NCBI RefSeq assembly: GCF_009914755.1
Contig: NC_060932.1
Length of the DNA stretch: 64,000 bases
Reading direction: 5' to 3' (one strand)
From: the human T2T-CHM13v2.0 reference genome, Homo sapiens
Part shown: positions 1 through 13,136 of the stretch, in pieces
Layout of the letters: every line of letters starts with the position of its first letter
Numbering within the stretch: the stretch's first letter is position 1
Made by a program: the position numbers and the translations under genes
Notes under the pieces: model-generated
What the model saw: the letters and a program-made list of their open reading frames with translations, nothing else
Database searches by the model: none
What the model was told of the DNA's origin: nothing

Positions 1-15
1 TTAACATAATTTATT

Positions 16-309
16 GGCTGGGTGCAATGCTCATGCCTTTAATCCCAGCACTCTGGGGAGTTAAGGCGTGCAGACTACTTGAGCCTAGGAGTCCGAGACC
101 AGCCTGAGCAATGTGACAAAACCCCATCTCTACAAAACATACAAAAATTAGCCAGGCATAGTAGCACATGCCTATAGTCCCAGCCATGTGGGAGGCTGAG
201 GTGGGTGGATTTCTTGCATCCAGGAGGTCAAGGCTGAGGTGAGTCATGATTGTGCCACTGCACTCCACCCTGGGTGACAGAGCAAGACTGTCTCAAAAAA
301 AATAAAATA
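16..309 (+). mobile_element. Alu SINE (AluJ-like)
   Basis: GGCTGGGTGCAATGCTCATGCC start, two arms with A-rich linker, A-tail; J-type motifs TTGAGCCTAGGAG and GAGGTCAAGGCTG. Confidence 0.93.
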
Positions 310-477
310 GTTTATTTCAACTTATATCAGCATTAATTTGTATTGTTTAGTTAGCAGGTCTAAGGACCTGTGTATGTGTGTGTGCAAAGTAATCTGTATC
401 AGGGTTTATCAATACTAATATTTTTGAGTGAAGTGAAAGAATATAAGTAGTAGTAAAAATAAAAATACTAATATATT

Positions 478-900
478 TCAGGATTGGACAGCAATTCTAA
501 TAAACAACCCTAAAATCTCAGTGGTTTAATGCAATAAAATGAAATAGAATGAAAGTTCATTGCTTGTTCACAATCCAGAGCTGTCAGCAAGGGTGGGTGG
601 AGGAGTGGGGGTTAGGGGGTCTCTGCTCCACACAGTCATTTAGGAACTCAGGGTCTTTCCATCTTGGAACACTCTCATCTTCAACATTTGGCCTTTAAGA
701 TTGCTCCAGAGTGAGAAAATAAAGTGTAAAATCACCCACTGGAAATTTTTATGAGCTAAAAACTCATACTAGCCCCTTGAAACTAGCCACTTTTCATTGG
801 CCAGAACTCAGCCATGTGGCTCCAGCATAATTGCAAAGAGGGTGCAAAACAGCTAAGCAATGTGCCTAGGCAGGAAAGGAAAACCACAAATATTGGTGAG
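478..900 (-). mobile_element. Degenerate MLT1-type (ERVL-MaLR) LTR
   Basis: Motifs AAAATCTCAGTGGTTTAA...CATTGGCCAGAACT...AAATATTGGTGAG resemble old MLT1 LTRs; boundaries approximate. Confidence 0.5.
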
Positions 901-1012
901 CCCACGCATCCCCTGCCTTATCTGGTTTCTGACTTGCTGGCATTCTGAGGTTGAGAGTGTGGCAAAGGGCTTTGCTGACCAGTGTTTCTCCTCCACACTC
1001 GTCCTACCCCTG

Positions 1013-1857
<845 letters not shown>

Positions 1858-2830
1858 TCACTGGAAAAGTGGCAAGAATGTCAGAAAGGGAATTGGGAGA
1901 GTCTGCAAAGATGCCAGGAGAAGTTTGAGTTGGTTTGAGATGGAAAATAATTATTCCAATGGGACACCAATTCCGTGGTGAAAATTAAGTTTCTCCCTAT
2001 AGTAACAGGTGGTGTTTGGAAAAAATTTTACGAAATTTTATGAATATGATAAAATTCAGATTGAAGATTCTCTCTTAAATTAACTGCTTTGGAAAGGCCA
2101 GCATTCACAATTAAGAGCTATAAACATTTAGGAGTAAGTCATCCCAGCTTTTGTAGTTTTTTTAACACTTAACATAAAAATAACACACATACCTATATAT
2201 TCTATAATTGAGGAAGATGTTTTTGTAAAGAACATCACTTGCTTTCTGCCTTAAATCCTTCCACCAGGGAATGAGGAGCAAACACGTGCTCATTTGTAAG
2301 CCCACGATGACACTCAGTAAATCTGTCCAGTAGTCAAAGCTCAATCATTGCCACACGAAATCCTCCCAAATCTCCTCCAGCTTACTCCTGAAGTTGCAGA
2401 CTTTCCGATATTGTAGTACTCCTAATGAAAGACAGATCCCTCTGATAGAGATTCCCTGCCCAAGACTCTCTTAGGTCGTGAAAGATACTAATTCATCTTT
2501 TCATCTGGTCCTTAATGACCAATAATGGATCCTCTTCCCATTTGTTAGGCTTAGTTTAGTAAAAGCACTTTTTGGAAGCAAGTTCCTGTTTAAGTTTGTA
2601 AGTGGCATTTCTTACGCCTAAAATTTTTGCACTGGACAATTTAATGGAGCCAACAGTCACAAAACCTTGCCAAAAACAATTTCCATGAAGAGTTTAAAGG
2701 CAGTGAATCCTTGGTAGTCCAGAGCAAGCAGCAGGACTTGACCCCCAAACATGAAAAGGAACTAAATGAGCCCATTCTGAAAGCCATATAAAGCAACCAC
2801 TTGCTGACATGCTGTGTTTCTTTTCGCCAG

Positions 2831-2884
2831 GGCCTTCCGGGAAAGGATGGATCCTCGGGACCTCCAGGACCACCAGGGCCAATA
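2831..2884 (+). CDS. COL14A1: Collagen XIV alpha-1 coding exon (COL2 domain, 54 nt, GLPGKDGSSGPPGPPGPI)
   Basis: Polypyrimidine tract + CAG acceptor, six Gly-X-Y triplets, GTAAGC donor; phase 0-0; in frame with the next exon. Confidence 0.96.
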
Positions 2885-3353
2885 GTAAGCCTTTCCAGAA
2901 ACTACTGGGACATACTCTGTTTTAAAGCACTTCATTTCTTTTGAGAGGTTTTCTTTTGCCAGATCTTTTACCAGCAGCCGTCTTCACTATAGTGTGACAA
3001 CTCATCCCTTGATAGAGAACTCTCCCTAAAACTTTTTAGAAAGATAATATACCCATATTGCCCAATTATTCTATCTCTGAGCTATTTTGCCAGAAGATCA
3101 CCTGCATTGACTTAGCTTTTATTAAATCACAACTAAGGCTTGAATTTGAAAGAACCACACCTGATATATAGTGAGGAGACTAAAAAAAAGTCTTCCCTCC
3201 GTTTTTGGGAGTTGGGAACAGGAATGAGGTCCTGGTGATGAGGGGGAGGGAAGCTATCATGGTGTGTATTTGTTACTCTTGCTTAAAAGTTGGCTGTCAT
3301 TGATGAGAATGTGTGATTCCTGACTTTGTTCCATTTTCCTACCTCTCTTCTAG

Positions 3354-3425
3354 GGCATTCCTGGCACCCCTGGAGTCCCAGGGATCACAGGAAGCATGGG
3401 ACCGCAAGGCGCCCTGGGACCACCT
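3354..3425 (+). CDS. COL14A1: COL14A1 coding exon (72 nt, GIPGTPGVPGITGSMGPQGALGPP)
   Basis: CTCTCTTCTAG acceptor, eight Gly-X-Y triplets, GTGAGT donor; phase 0-0. Confidence 0.96.
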
Positions 3426-4279
3426 GTGAGTATGCAGCGGTAGCTGCTCAGAATGTAGGCCCAGTCATCACGTTTATTTATGTGTTTAAATTTACCAGCC
3501 TTTCTGTTAGTCAGAAATGTTTATTCAGCACTGGACTCTATGGAAATTCATAAAGGAAATTGGAAAAGCTTCTAGGATAAAGATGAAGATCAGATTATGC
3601 ATATGTCATGGCTGAAGATAAATGGTCCTAAAAGGGAATAATCTGTCATGCTTTTGCTTATATGTTTCTATTGCTTGCTATTCTGTATTTGGCTAAGCAA
3701 ACTCAATATCATCTCTCCAGAGATTGGGTACAACAGCTACGTGTTAATCAAGCTGGGTTCCCAAAGGGAAAAATAGAAAGCTTGGGAAATTCTAGGTTTA
3801 ATGAACGTGACATTAGATTTTTCTCTTCCAAATTCTACAAGACAGAATTTACCAGTAAAACACACACTCACACATAAGTGAGAGGTGTTATAAGTGAAAA
3901 CATAATGAACAGAATTCTTTGCCTCTGATTGTTGTACTTCTAGTCTCTTAGGTTGGTGTTTAAATGTGATCAATGGGAGAGGAAGGGATAAGGTGAAAGA
4001 AAAACAAATGAACACATCTGGGCCTGTTTCTTCATCTGTAAAATGAGGTCATCTTATTACATGGCCTCTGGAGACATGCTTGGCATCTTCTGGTGACATG
4101 CAAGTTGTTCCTTCTAGGTTTAGATGTTAGTCAGCATTCTGATATTTATCTGTGAATTGCTAAGTCTGCATCCATAAACTGAAACATTGAAAAATGCAAA
4201 GATGTGTACAACTGCAAACACACTAAGAATGTGTGGAGCAGTGAAATCCAATGGATGAGGATGGAAGCATCTAGTGAAT

Positions 4280-4770
4280 TAGATTCCTGTTACCACTTAA
4301 CAAATTGCCACAATCTCAGTGGCTTAAAACATCACAAATTTGTTATCTTACAGTTCCGCAGGTCAGAAGTCTGGCGCAGATCTCACTGAGTTAAAGGGAA
4401 GGTGTCGGTATTTCCTTTCTGGAGGCTAGAGGAGAGAATCTCTTTCCTGGCCTTTTCTAGCTGCTAAAGGCCTCCCGTAGTCCTTGGCTCATGTCCACCT
4501 GCATCTTCAAAGCCAGCAATGTTGCATCTCTCTGGCCTTTTTCTGCCGTAGTCACTTCTCTCTGACAACAGCCAGGAAAGGTTCTCTTCAGGACCTATGT
4601 GATTACATTCAGGCCACTGGGATAATCATAGATAATCTCCCTAGATAATTCCCAGATCCTTAACTAAGTCACATTTGCAAATTGCCTTTTGCCACATAAG
4701 GTAACATATTCACAGGTTCTGGGGATTAGGGCAAAGAAGTTTGAAGGGCCTTTTTTTCTGCCTACCATAG
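4280..4770 (-). mobile_element. MLT1-type LTR (MaLR)
   Basis: TAACAAATTGCCACAATCTCAGTGGCTTAAAAC...GGTAACATATTCACAGGTTCTGGGGATTAGG...CTGCCTACCATA are characteristic MLT1 motifs; edges approximate. Confidence 0.75.
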
Positions 4771-5257
4771 TAAACAAGATGTAACAGAAATGTTGGTTCT
4801 CATTCAGAAAGTGGCCTCTCTTCGTCTAGCAACCCAGATAGTCTTGTTCCTCTTATTCTTGAAACTCATTTTAATAAAATTATTTCATCCTCAGAATCCT
4901 TTTCTGGGCCATGATTCATGTGAGGCATATGTAGGTACACAAACCCATACAGGTTATGCACATACAAAATGCATCTTGATTTTAGCAAACACATCCTAAT
5001 TTGCACATTCAAATAAATGCTATCCTTAGTAATCACTTTATACAGCTGTATCTTTATTCCAACTACAATGTCATTCAAAATACTTTTAGATCTCTTCTTT
5101 TTATATCAACCTAGTAATGGGTCACAGAAGAAAATCTGATTGCTTTATCTTCACACATCTTTCTTTTAATTCAAAAATGTGTTGCAAAGTATGATCCTGC
5201 ACCTAGAAACATATACTGAAACCCACATGTGTGAACACATGAAAAAATGCATGCGTT

Positions 5258-5263
5258 CACACA

Positions 5264-5308
<45 letters not shown>
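5258..5308. repeat. (CA)n microsatellite
   Basis: About 21 uninterrupted CA units plus a short interrupted lead-in. Confidence 0.97.
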
Positions 5309-5310
<2 letters not shown>

Positions 5311-7695
5311 GTCTTCATTCTTTCACTGCAAGCTTATCTATTCGTTTGATTCTAAGCTGTTTCATACCAGAAAAGAAACTTAAAAACATACTGTCTGGTA
5401 TTTGGCTTCAGCCTGCTTCCCAGAATGTGCTCCTGGGAACCAGAGTTTTAGAATACATCCACAGTGCCAGACAGTAAAGGGTCCTGGTCAAAGAAGTGGC
5501 CCTGACATGACCCTAACTAGTTGTGTAAGCCACATGCACAGAAACTGCATGCCTAATCTGTTTCTCAGAAATTCATGGGAAGTTTTAGGACATGAAAGGC
5601 TTTGAGGCATCCCGAAGTGAAATTAGAAAACACCCAAAACTAGTTTAATTTGGTTAGACAATAAACGTATTTGTGCATGAGGTTCTTATTCTTACTAGCA
5701 TCTCCTAGAACTAGTTTCTCCTAACCCAGGCTAGGAAAAAGCAAGGTATAGAGTGATCCTGACCCAAGAGGGAGGGAATGGGGAAGAAGGAAGGAAAGAA
5801 ATGCAGGCTCTGAGAGCTTTGGGAGAGTTGACATGGGGCGTGGAGAGCTAGAGAGAGACCTGGAATCATTGAGTAACTATGATAGCACCCTGCTCACCGA
5901 TCTGGCCTTTGGTGGCTCTGGATTAGACTCTAAATATAGTATCTACATAAATACCAATAAAATTTTCCCACAAATAAAACACTTGTTCATAATGTTATTT
6001 TTGTTATGAATCAGCAGAAAGGGGCCCTTGAAAGCAGCAGGAGGGGCCCTTGTGCCATTGGTGCTTTGATCAGAGGCAGAAACCATTTGGCCTATTAGCA
6101 TCAGGTAGGAATACCACAGCTGGCTTGGGCATTTCCTCTCAAAAGCAAGTTGCTCTCTGAACTGTCCAGCCCAGACTTTTTTGGGCCCACTGGCTCCCAG
6201 ATGCTTGCTGGCTGCCAGACTGGCATGACTGTGACAGCAGGCTCCGTGTCATGGTGTTAAGGCCTGGATTGATTTCCCATGGATGTCTGTCTAGGAAGGC
6301 ATGAGGGAAAGGGACCAAGAGGGACAGGCTGCACCGCTGAAAATAGCAACATGTTTCCTACAGTGGGTGCCAGAAAGGCTTGCTTTTGTGCAGTCTGCCT
6401 TCAGCTGCCGGCTCCCTAGGGCAGAATGTACATTGCTGCTGCTGAGGTCCTAATTCCGATCTAAGTTTTAAGCACTGGCTTAGGTACGGTTCCTCCACTG
6501 CAGTTGTTAGAGAGTGATAAAGCACACGAACGAAGGAGCTGCTCACTGCTGGGGCCATGTGTTCAGCCAGGTAGACAGGTCCAGGGTTACATCATTGAAA
6601 GAGTATTGCATTAGAAGTCAGGATACCTGGGTCCTTGATGTAGCCCTGACATGACTCAAAGTAGCTGTGAAAGCCACATCAGTTGCACAAATCATCTAGC
6701 CTTTCGGAATGTCAGTTTCCTAATTCATTCATTTAAAATATTTAGGGAATGAGCACAATACATGTAAGATTACATGGTGGGGAGGGGTTGTGAGGGATAC
6801 AAAAGATCTCAAGACATTTTTCAATACTCTTGAGAAATCCAGAGAGAATGATGTTTTTATATAAGAAGCTGTAATAAAGGGCAGAAAGTGTGAAATGCCT
6901 TAAGGCAAAGACAAGCAAATTGCTCTGAAAGCTCCATTAAGAGAGAGACCCCTAAGCTGAGGGGTGGGAGTAGCGGCTTCAGGAGCATTTAGATGAGATC
7001 TTAGAATATGGGTAGGAACCTAACCCACAAAGACAGAAAGATTGCATCACTTAGGTGGCAGTTGCAGAAAAACATAAGGCAAACACAGAGCACCCCTGTC
7101 TCTGTACATTTTAATATTTTTCAATTCTTTCTCTAGTTCCATCACGACTACTGCAGTTTTATTTCAGGCCCTGCTTGCTACTCACAAGGACTATCCCAAG
7201 AGGCTCTCATTGGCCCCCTGGTCTCTGCTTTAGCCCTGGTCTAGTCCATTCCCCAGCTGCCAGAACATCTTTTAGTGCAACTCCCTCGTGTCACTGTCTG
7301 GCTTCAATCTCTTCCCTACCCCTGGAGGAAGGAGCCCAGTTGTTCAGCAGAGAGCTCGTGGCCCTTTAGGATGGGCCCCTACTTTCCTTTCCAACTTGGA
7401 TTACCATCCTCCCTTCACTTGGAGTTCAGTCACACATTATTTAAAGTTCCTGAAATATATGCCATACCATTTCACATGTTTGTCTTTGGGGATGCTAACA
7501 ACCTACAGGATGCTCTTTGGGATGCTCTTTTGCCTTACTGGGCTGCATTCTTTTTCACCACTTGGTGAGCTCCCGGCAAATCCTTCTTTAAGGCTGCACA
7601 TCTCCTGTGTAAAGCCACCTGTCCCTTCGCAGGCTGTTAGGTACTGCATTTCAACTATTGATGTTTGTCTCTCCACTAAAAGGATAATTCCTTCA

Positions 7696-8149
<454 letters not shown>

Positions 8150-9049
8150 TTAGGCTGATGTTCAGAGGCATATTAGAAGAATATTCTTATAGATTAGGGG
8201 TCAGGTCATGGAAGACGTTTCAAGCCAGCCTAAGATGTTTTGACTCTGTTTAACAGACATCTTTAATATGTAGGACTTGAACCACAAGATCATTCCTCTT
8301 CCTTCCAGCGCTAAAATTCGGTGAATCTATGAATGTAGCTGCTGTATTTTCTTTTCTTTACATTTCGAGTGCTCCTAAAATTAAAGGAAAGTGTGCCACT
8401 TTTTCCTGCCTACATCTGCAGGGAATATGTGTTTTCCCTCAAAGCATACTTTGGTGGAGTTATGGGCCTTCACTTGCTCAGGAATTTTTATTTTGTTTTT
8501 GTTTTACTTTGTAAAAATCAAAGGAACGATGTCAGAGAAGTTGGAATAAAAAATAATTTCTTGCCATAGAGATATTTCATTAAAAAGATCTTTCACTGAG
8601 ACTGCCTAGCTGCATCCTTTGGCTACTTAATAACCAGCATCATGAGACTGAGTTTGAGGAATTTCAAGCCCAATTAAACACATCCGTCCCTACATACCAA
8701 AAGGTGCCAACAGCTGATGCTCTCCATTTACCATGTCAATCAGGTTTGCACTATAATTGTAGTCTCTAGATTTGAGACATTTTCAAACAAGCCAGTTTAA
8801 TAAATGATAGCAAGAATAGCAAGAAAACTGTCAAAAAATGTATTGGTGCAGAAATAAAATTATTCAAGATAAAATAGATTTTAAAAAAACGACTCAAGTT
8901 GCACCCTAATTCTGAATTACTAGAGTTAGTCCTTAGGCATGGTATGTTTGCTTGTTTTGCTTATTTTAATTGAGAAAATATTATCTTCCCTGGAATAGAA
9001 GACATGAGCTGGCAGAATTGCTAAGCAGGGTTCTCTTTCAACAGAGTGG

Positions 9050-9430
9050 TAGAGTGTACTCGGGATGTGCATGGATTCTGGAGCCCACAATTTGGGTTCA
9101 GGTCCCTGGTTTTTTCACTTCCTTATTGCCTGGCCTTGAGCAAGTGACAAGACCTCTTAGTGCCTCATTTTCCATATCTGGAAAATAGGAATAATATAGG
9201 GTTGTTATAAAGAATAAATGAGTTAATCTTATAGGAGTATTATAAGCACTAAATAAGTTAATCTTATAGGAGTATTGTAAGCACTAAATAAGTTAATCTT
9301 ATAGGAGTGTTATAAGAATTAAATGAATTAATCCTGCAGAGCTGTTATAAGGTTTAGCTGAGTTAACATGCTAAGAACAAGGACAGTGCTTGGAACATGG
9401 TAAAGCAGCCTACGTATCAGCTATTAGTAT
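9050..9430. mobile_element. MIR SINE with internal 35-bp tandem amplification
   Basis: MIR motifs (CTTGAGCAAGTGAC, CCTCATTTTCCATATCTGGAAAATAGG, AGGGTTGTT...AAATGAGTTAAT, CAGTGCTTGGAACATGGTAA) surround the tandem array. Confidence 0.75.
9221..9366. repeat. 35-bp minisatellite, about 4-5 copies (AGTTAATCTTATAGGAGTATTATAAGCACTAAATA)
   Basis: Units start at 9221, 9256, 9291 and 9326 (partial at 9361); first two nearly identical, outer ones diverged. Confidence 0.9.
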
Positions 9431-9730
9431 TTAGAGTGTCATAATGTATTAAAATATGGAATATTTATTATTTGCTGATTTTTTTGTTTTGCCTCTAATA
9501 TTTGACAAACTGTTTCCGTTAAGGATTATTTAGTGGTAAGATGGTAGTTCTTTTCTCCAGTTGGTCCTTCCAGTAAACATTAATGTCTCTTTAGAGATCT
9601 GTCCATTTGTGAAGCCTAAGAAATGAGGGAAGAAGGCACAGCCAGTACATTTATTTCCAAAAAGAATTTGGGCTGGGGCAGGGGTGTGCTATGTAAATCT
9701 TACTTTTGCAAAAAAAATTTTATGATGGAA

Positions 9731-9977
9731 CGCCTCCCAGGTTCAAGTGATTCTCCTGCCTCAGCCTCCCGAGTAGCTGGGACTACAGGCGTGTGCCACC
9801 ACAGGCACGCGCCACCACGCCCGGCTAATTTTTGTATTTTTAGTAGAGATGGGGTTTCACCATATTGGTCAGGCTGATCTTGAACTCCTGACCTCGTGGT
9901 CTGCCCGACTTGTGATCAAGGCCTTTGCGATCCTCCCAAAGTGTTGGGATTACAGGCGTGAGCCACCGCGCCCTGCC
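9731..9977 (-). mobile_element. Alu SINE, 3'-truncated and internally rearranged
   Basis: Reverse Alu from CGCCTCCCAGGTTCAAG to GAGCCACCGCGCCCTGCC; no poly(T) tail; internal 16-bp duplication at 9785-9816. Confidence 0.92.
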
Positions 9978-10441
9978 ATCTTCTGTCTTTTTTACAGTCA
10001 GGGTAGTTGAAATGAAGCACAAATTGGCTTGCCATTCAAACTTGAAGTGAAATTCAGCCACACTACATCCTCAGAAGGATCCTTTGTGAGGATCTTCTTT
10101 CTCTGTAGAGGTTGGAATCCTTTCCTCGGAAGCCCAGACTTTGTATTTTTCATCAATTTCTGTTTCCTGTGCTCCCTGCTTCTGAATAACGACCATATCA
10201 TGAGAGAATAACGTGTTAGACTGATAAGGGAATCCCAGAGATCACTTCATTTAGTGGCCTCATCTTACAAAGAAACTCAGAGAGTTAACCCAGCTTGCAG
10301 GTCCAATGTCCTACATTCTTTCCAAAGTATTAGCATAAAAAAATTTTAAACACACACAAAATGGAAAGAATTTTGAGTGAACACCACACCCATATATCCA
10401 ACACTAAGATTCTAACATCATGTTTAAAAAAAAAAAGTGTT

Positions 10442-10744
<303 letters not shown>

Positions 10745-10791
10745 GTGTGTGGGTGTGTATGTGTGTGTATGTGGTGTATGTTTGTGAGTGA

Positions 10792-10825
<34 letters not shown>
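10745..10825. repeat. Compound (TG)n microsatellite
   Basis: Interrupted TG/TGAG tract directly after the Alu tail. Confidence 0.9.
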
Positions 10826-10827
<2 letters not shown>

Positions 10828-12014
10828 TGAATAGACATAGCAGGGCAAGGGAGGAGAGGAGAGAAGATAGAGCCAGGGTGGGCTGCTTATATCTGCACTG
10901 GAGAGTCAATCATGCATTTCTCTTCCTTTCCAATTCCATCTTCAGTGACAGCACATTTGTAGCTTGAAATCAGCTGTGATAGAAACACTTACACCTCCAA
11001 AATCAGCAAGCACTACAAGTCAGGGCATTTTCTTTTTCTGGGAAGCCAGTTTACCTGCACACCGTGGGATGAAACCAGAAGTTTGAATCTGGGCAACTGG
11101 TCACTGACTACAGATTTTGAAGAAGATACCGAGTTTGGCTTGGGACCTGTTTGAAATAACAACTGGAAACAGTCTGACAACGTGGCAAATTCCATTAATG
11201 AATTCCATTCACTCTCCTTTTAGTCGAGACTATAAAAATGTTGTTCAATGAACATTGCCTCAGAGTTGAAACAAAATATGAAATCCTTCTGAAGACACGT
11301 GTTTTGCATTAGATGTATGATTTTTTTGGAGGAACCCTGAAAATACCATTTTTAAAGTAGATGCGCTTTAATAACGGCAAGGTTTCTTATGGGTGAAAGA
11401 GTAGCTAAGCCACATAATAAAATAATAAATCAATTGAGAAGTCACATAAATGTGAGCTCCCATATTGTGGAGAATTAGGGAGAATTGTGTGGCATCGTGC
11501 TGCACAGAAATCAGAGTGAAGCTCTGGGATTTCACTAATCTCATCTCTGACTTGAACTCCTAAATTGAGAGGTGATCTTTTCTATCCTTTTGGAGATATT
11601 CCTTTAAAAACTGAAACAATTTAACTATTCAGCAGAGATTTGTGAAATAAATTATGAAGGATCCTCAGTAGAATACAGTACATAGAGTGGCGTTTAGGGT
11701 GGAAAGATGCAAAGGACCTACACAGTGAAAATATGTGTTACAAAGCAATATTATTGCTGCACGATTCCAATTTTGTGGCCAAAATATACCATGTCTCTGC
11801 ATAAAAAAGCTGAAAGGGTAGAATGCTTAACAGAGCTTTTTATGTTTGGTGTGCGTACTGGTTGCTATTTATTTTCTGTTGTTGTGTAATGATTTTTGCT
11901 GCAGAATTACTGGTGCTAAGAAAAATGTCTTAATAAAATAAGAAAAGATGCATGATTATCACTCTTAGCTAAGTGCAATATCATAAGTAACTTGACAATT
12001 TTCCATTTATACAG

Positions 12015-12050
12015 GGTGTCCCTGGAGCAAAGGGGGAACGAGGAGAGCGG
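12015..12050 (+). CDS. COL14A1: COL14A1 coding exon (36 nt, GVPGAKGERGER; end of COL2)
   Basis: TTTTCCATTTATACAG acceptor, four Gly-X-Y triplets, GTAAGT donor; phase 0-0. Confidence 0.95.
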
Positions 12051-13069
12051 GTAAGTATCCTGTGGCTCTGCTTTCTGGCCCCAGCTTGTTGCACCCCTTC
12101 CGTTGCATAAGCCTGATAAAGGATCATCATTTAATACCATTATTATTCATTGCAATTGTACCAGTCTCTGTTTCTCCCTTTCCCCAATTCATTAGACTGT
12201 GGCCATATTTTCCAGACATAAAATCCCTGTGGGCTGGGAGTCAGGAGAGCTAGTTTCTAATTGCATATCTGCTACCATCCAGGTCAATGAACTTGGGCTC
12301 TTTTCTTTAAGGATAAAATGGAGAGAATCACCCTCATATAATTTACAAAGTGGGTTTGATGAGAACGTTATATAATAGATGTGAAAAGGCTTCAGAAAAG
12401 TAAAAACTCTATACAAGTGACAAGTGGCAGCATGGCACTCCTGGGCTTTTTGATGCTCCCAGGTTCACACCCAGGAAGACAATGGCAGGCATAGAATCAA
12501 AGAACTGGCCCCCAAACTGAAGTCAGCTTAATTTAAGGGTCGTCTCTCTCCTTTCAGCAATTGTGCAGCTGCTAATATAATTGTGCCATTGGCTATAGCA
12601 GAAACAGCAGTGGCCTTGGGCTCATCCAATTACCTCTGTGAAATCTTGGGCCATGTGTTTAATGCTATTCAGCTATAAAATGGGTTTAACATCTTTCCTC
12701 TGGGTTGCTATTAGTATTAAATGAGCCACTGCTCGAGAAAGTGCTGTATTTTATAAGCTCTAAAGAGCTATATATCACGCGTTAAATATATATGGGTTTG
12801 TTTCAAAACTATTAAATTTTTTAGAATAGGGGACCAGAAATACTTACTAGTGCTTGTTAATCTAATAAGGACTCCCAGGAACCTTGAACCATGAATATCA
12901 AATTGCTTACCCCTTCTCTGCATGCACCGTGGTGGTCAAACCCACCTGTTGCTAGAAGCCAAAGATCCCTGATGGGAACAATGGGGCAAGTCAGATCCAC
13001 ATCCTGGAAGTCCTGGTAGTGTGGCTGGGCTTGTAGCTGAGTCAGGAGTATGCTTTTTTTCTCATCCAG

Positions 13070-13136
13070 GGTGACCTGCAGTCTCAAGCCATGGTGAGAT
13101 CAGTGGCGCGTCAAGTATGCGAACAGCTCATCCAGA
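13070..13136 (+). CDS. COL14A1: COL14A1 coding exon (67 nt, [22 protein letters not shown]; NC2 domain)
   Basis: TTTTTTTCTCATCCAG acceptor, GTAAGT donor; FACIT NC2-type helix '[10 protein letters not shown]'; phase 0-1 matches the next exon. Confidence 0.96.

Noticed and set aside
6012-6052. Paired CAGCAG..AGGGGCCCTTG motifs with palindromic cores
   Set aside because: Only about 18 bp, two imperfect copies; compatible with a trivial local duplication.
9221-9366. 35-bp repeats resembling a CRISPR array in unit size
   Set aside because: Units are head-to-tail with no unique spacers, derive from a MIR, lie in a primate intron, and no cas genes are present.
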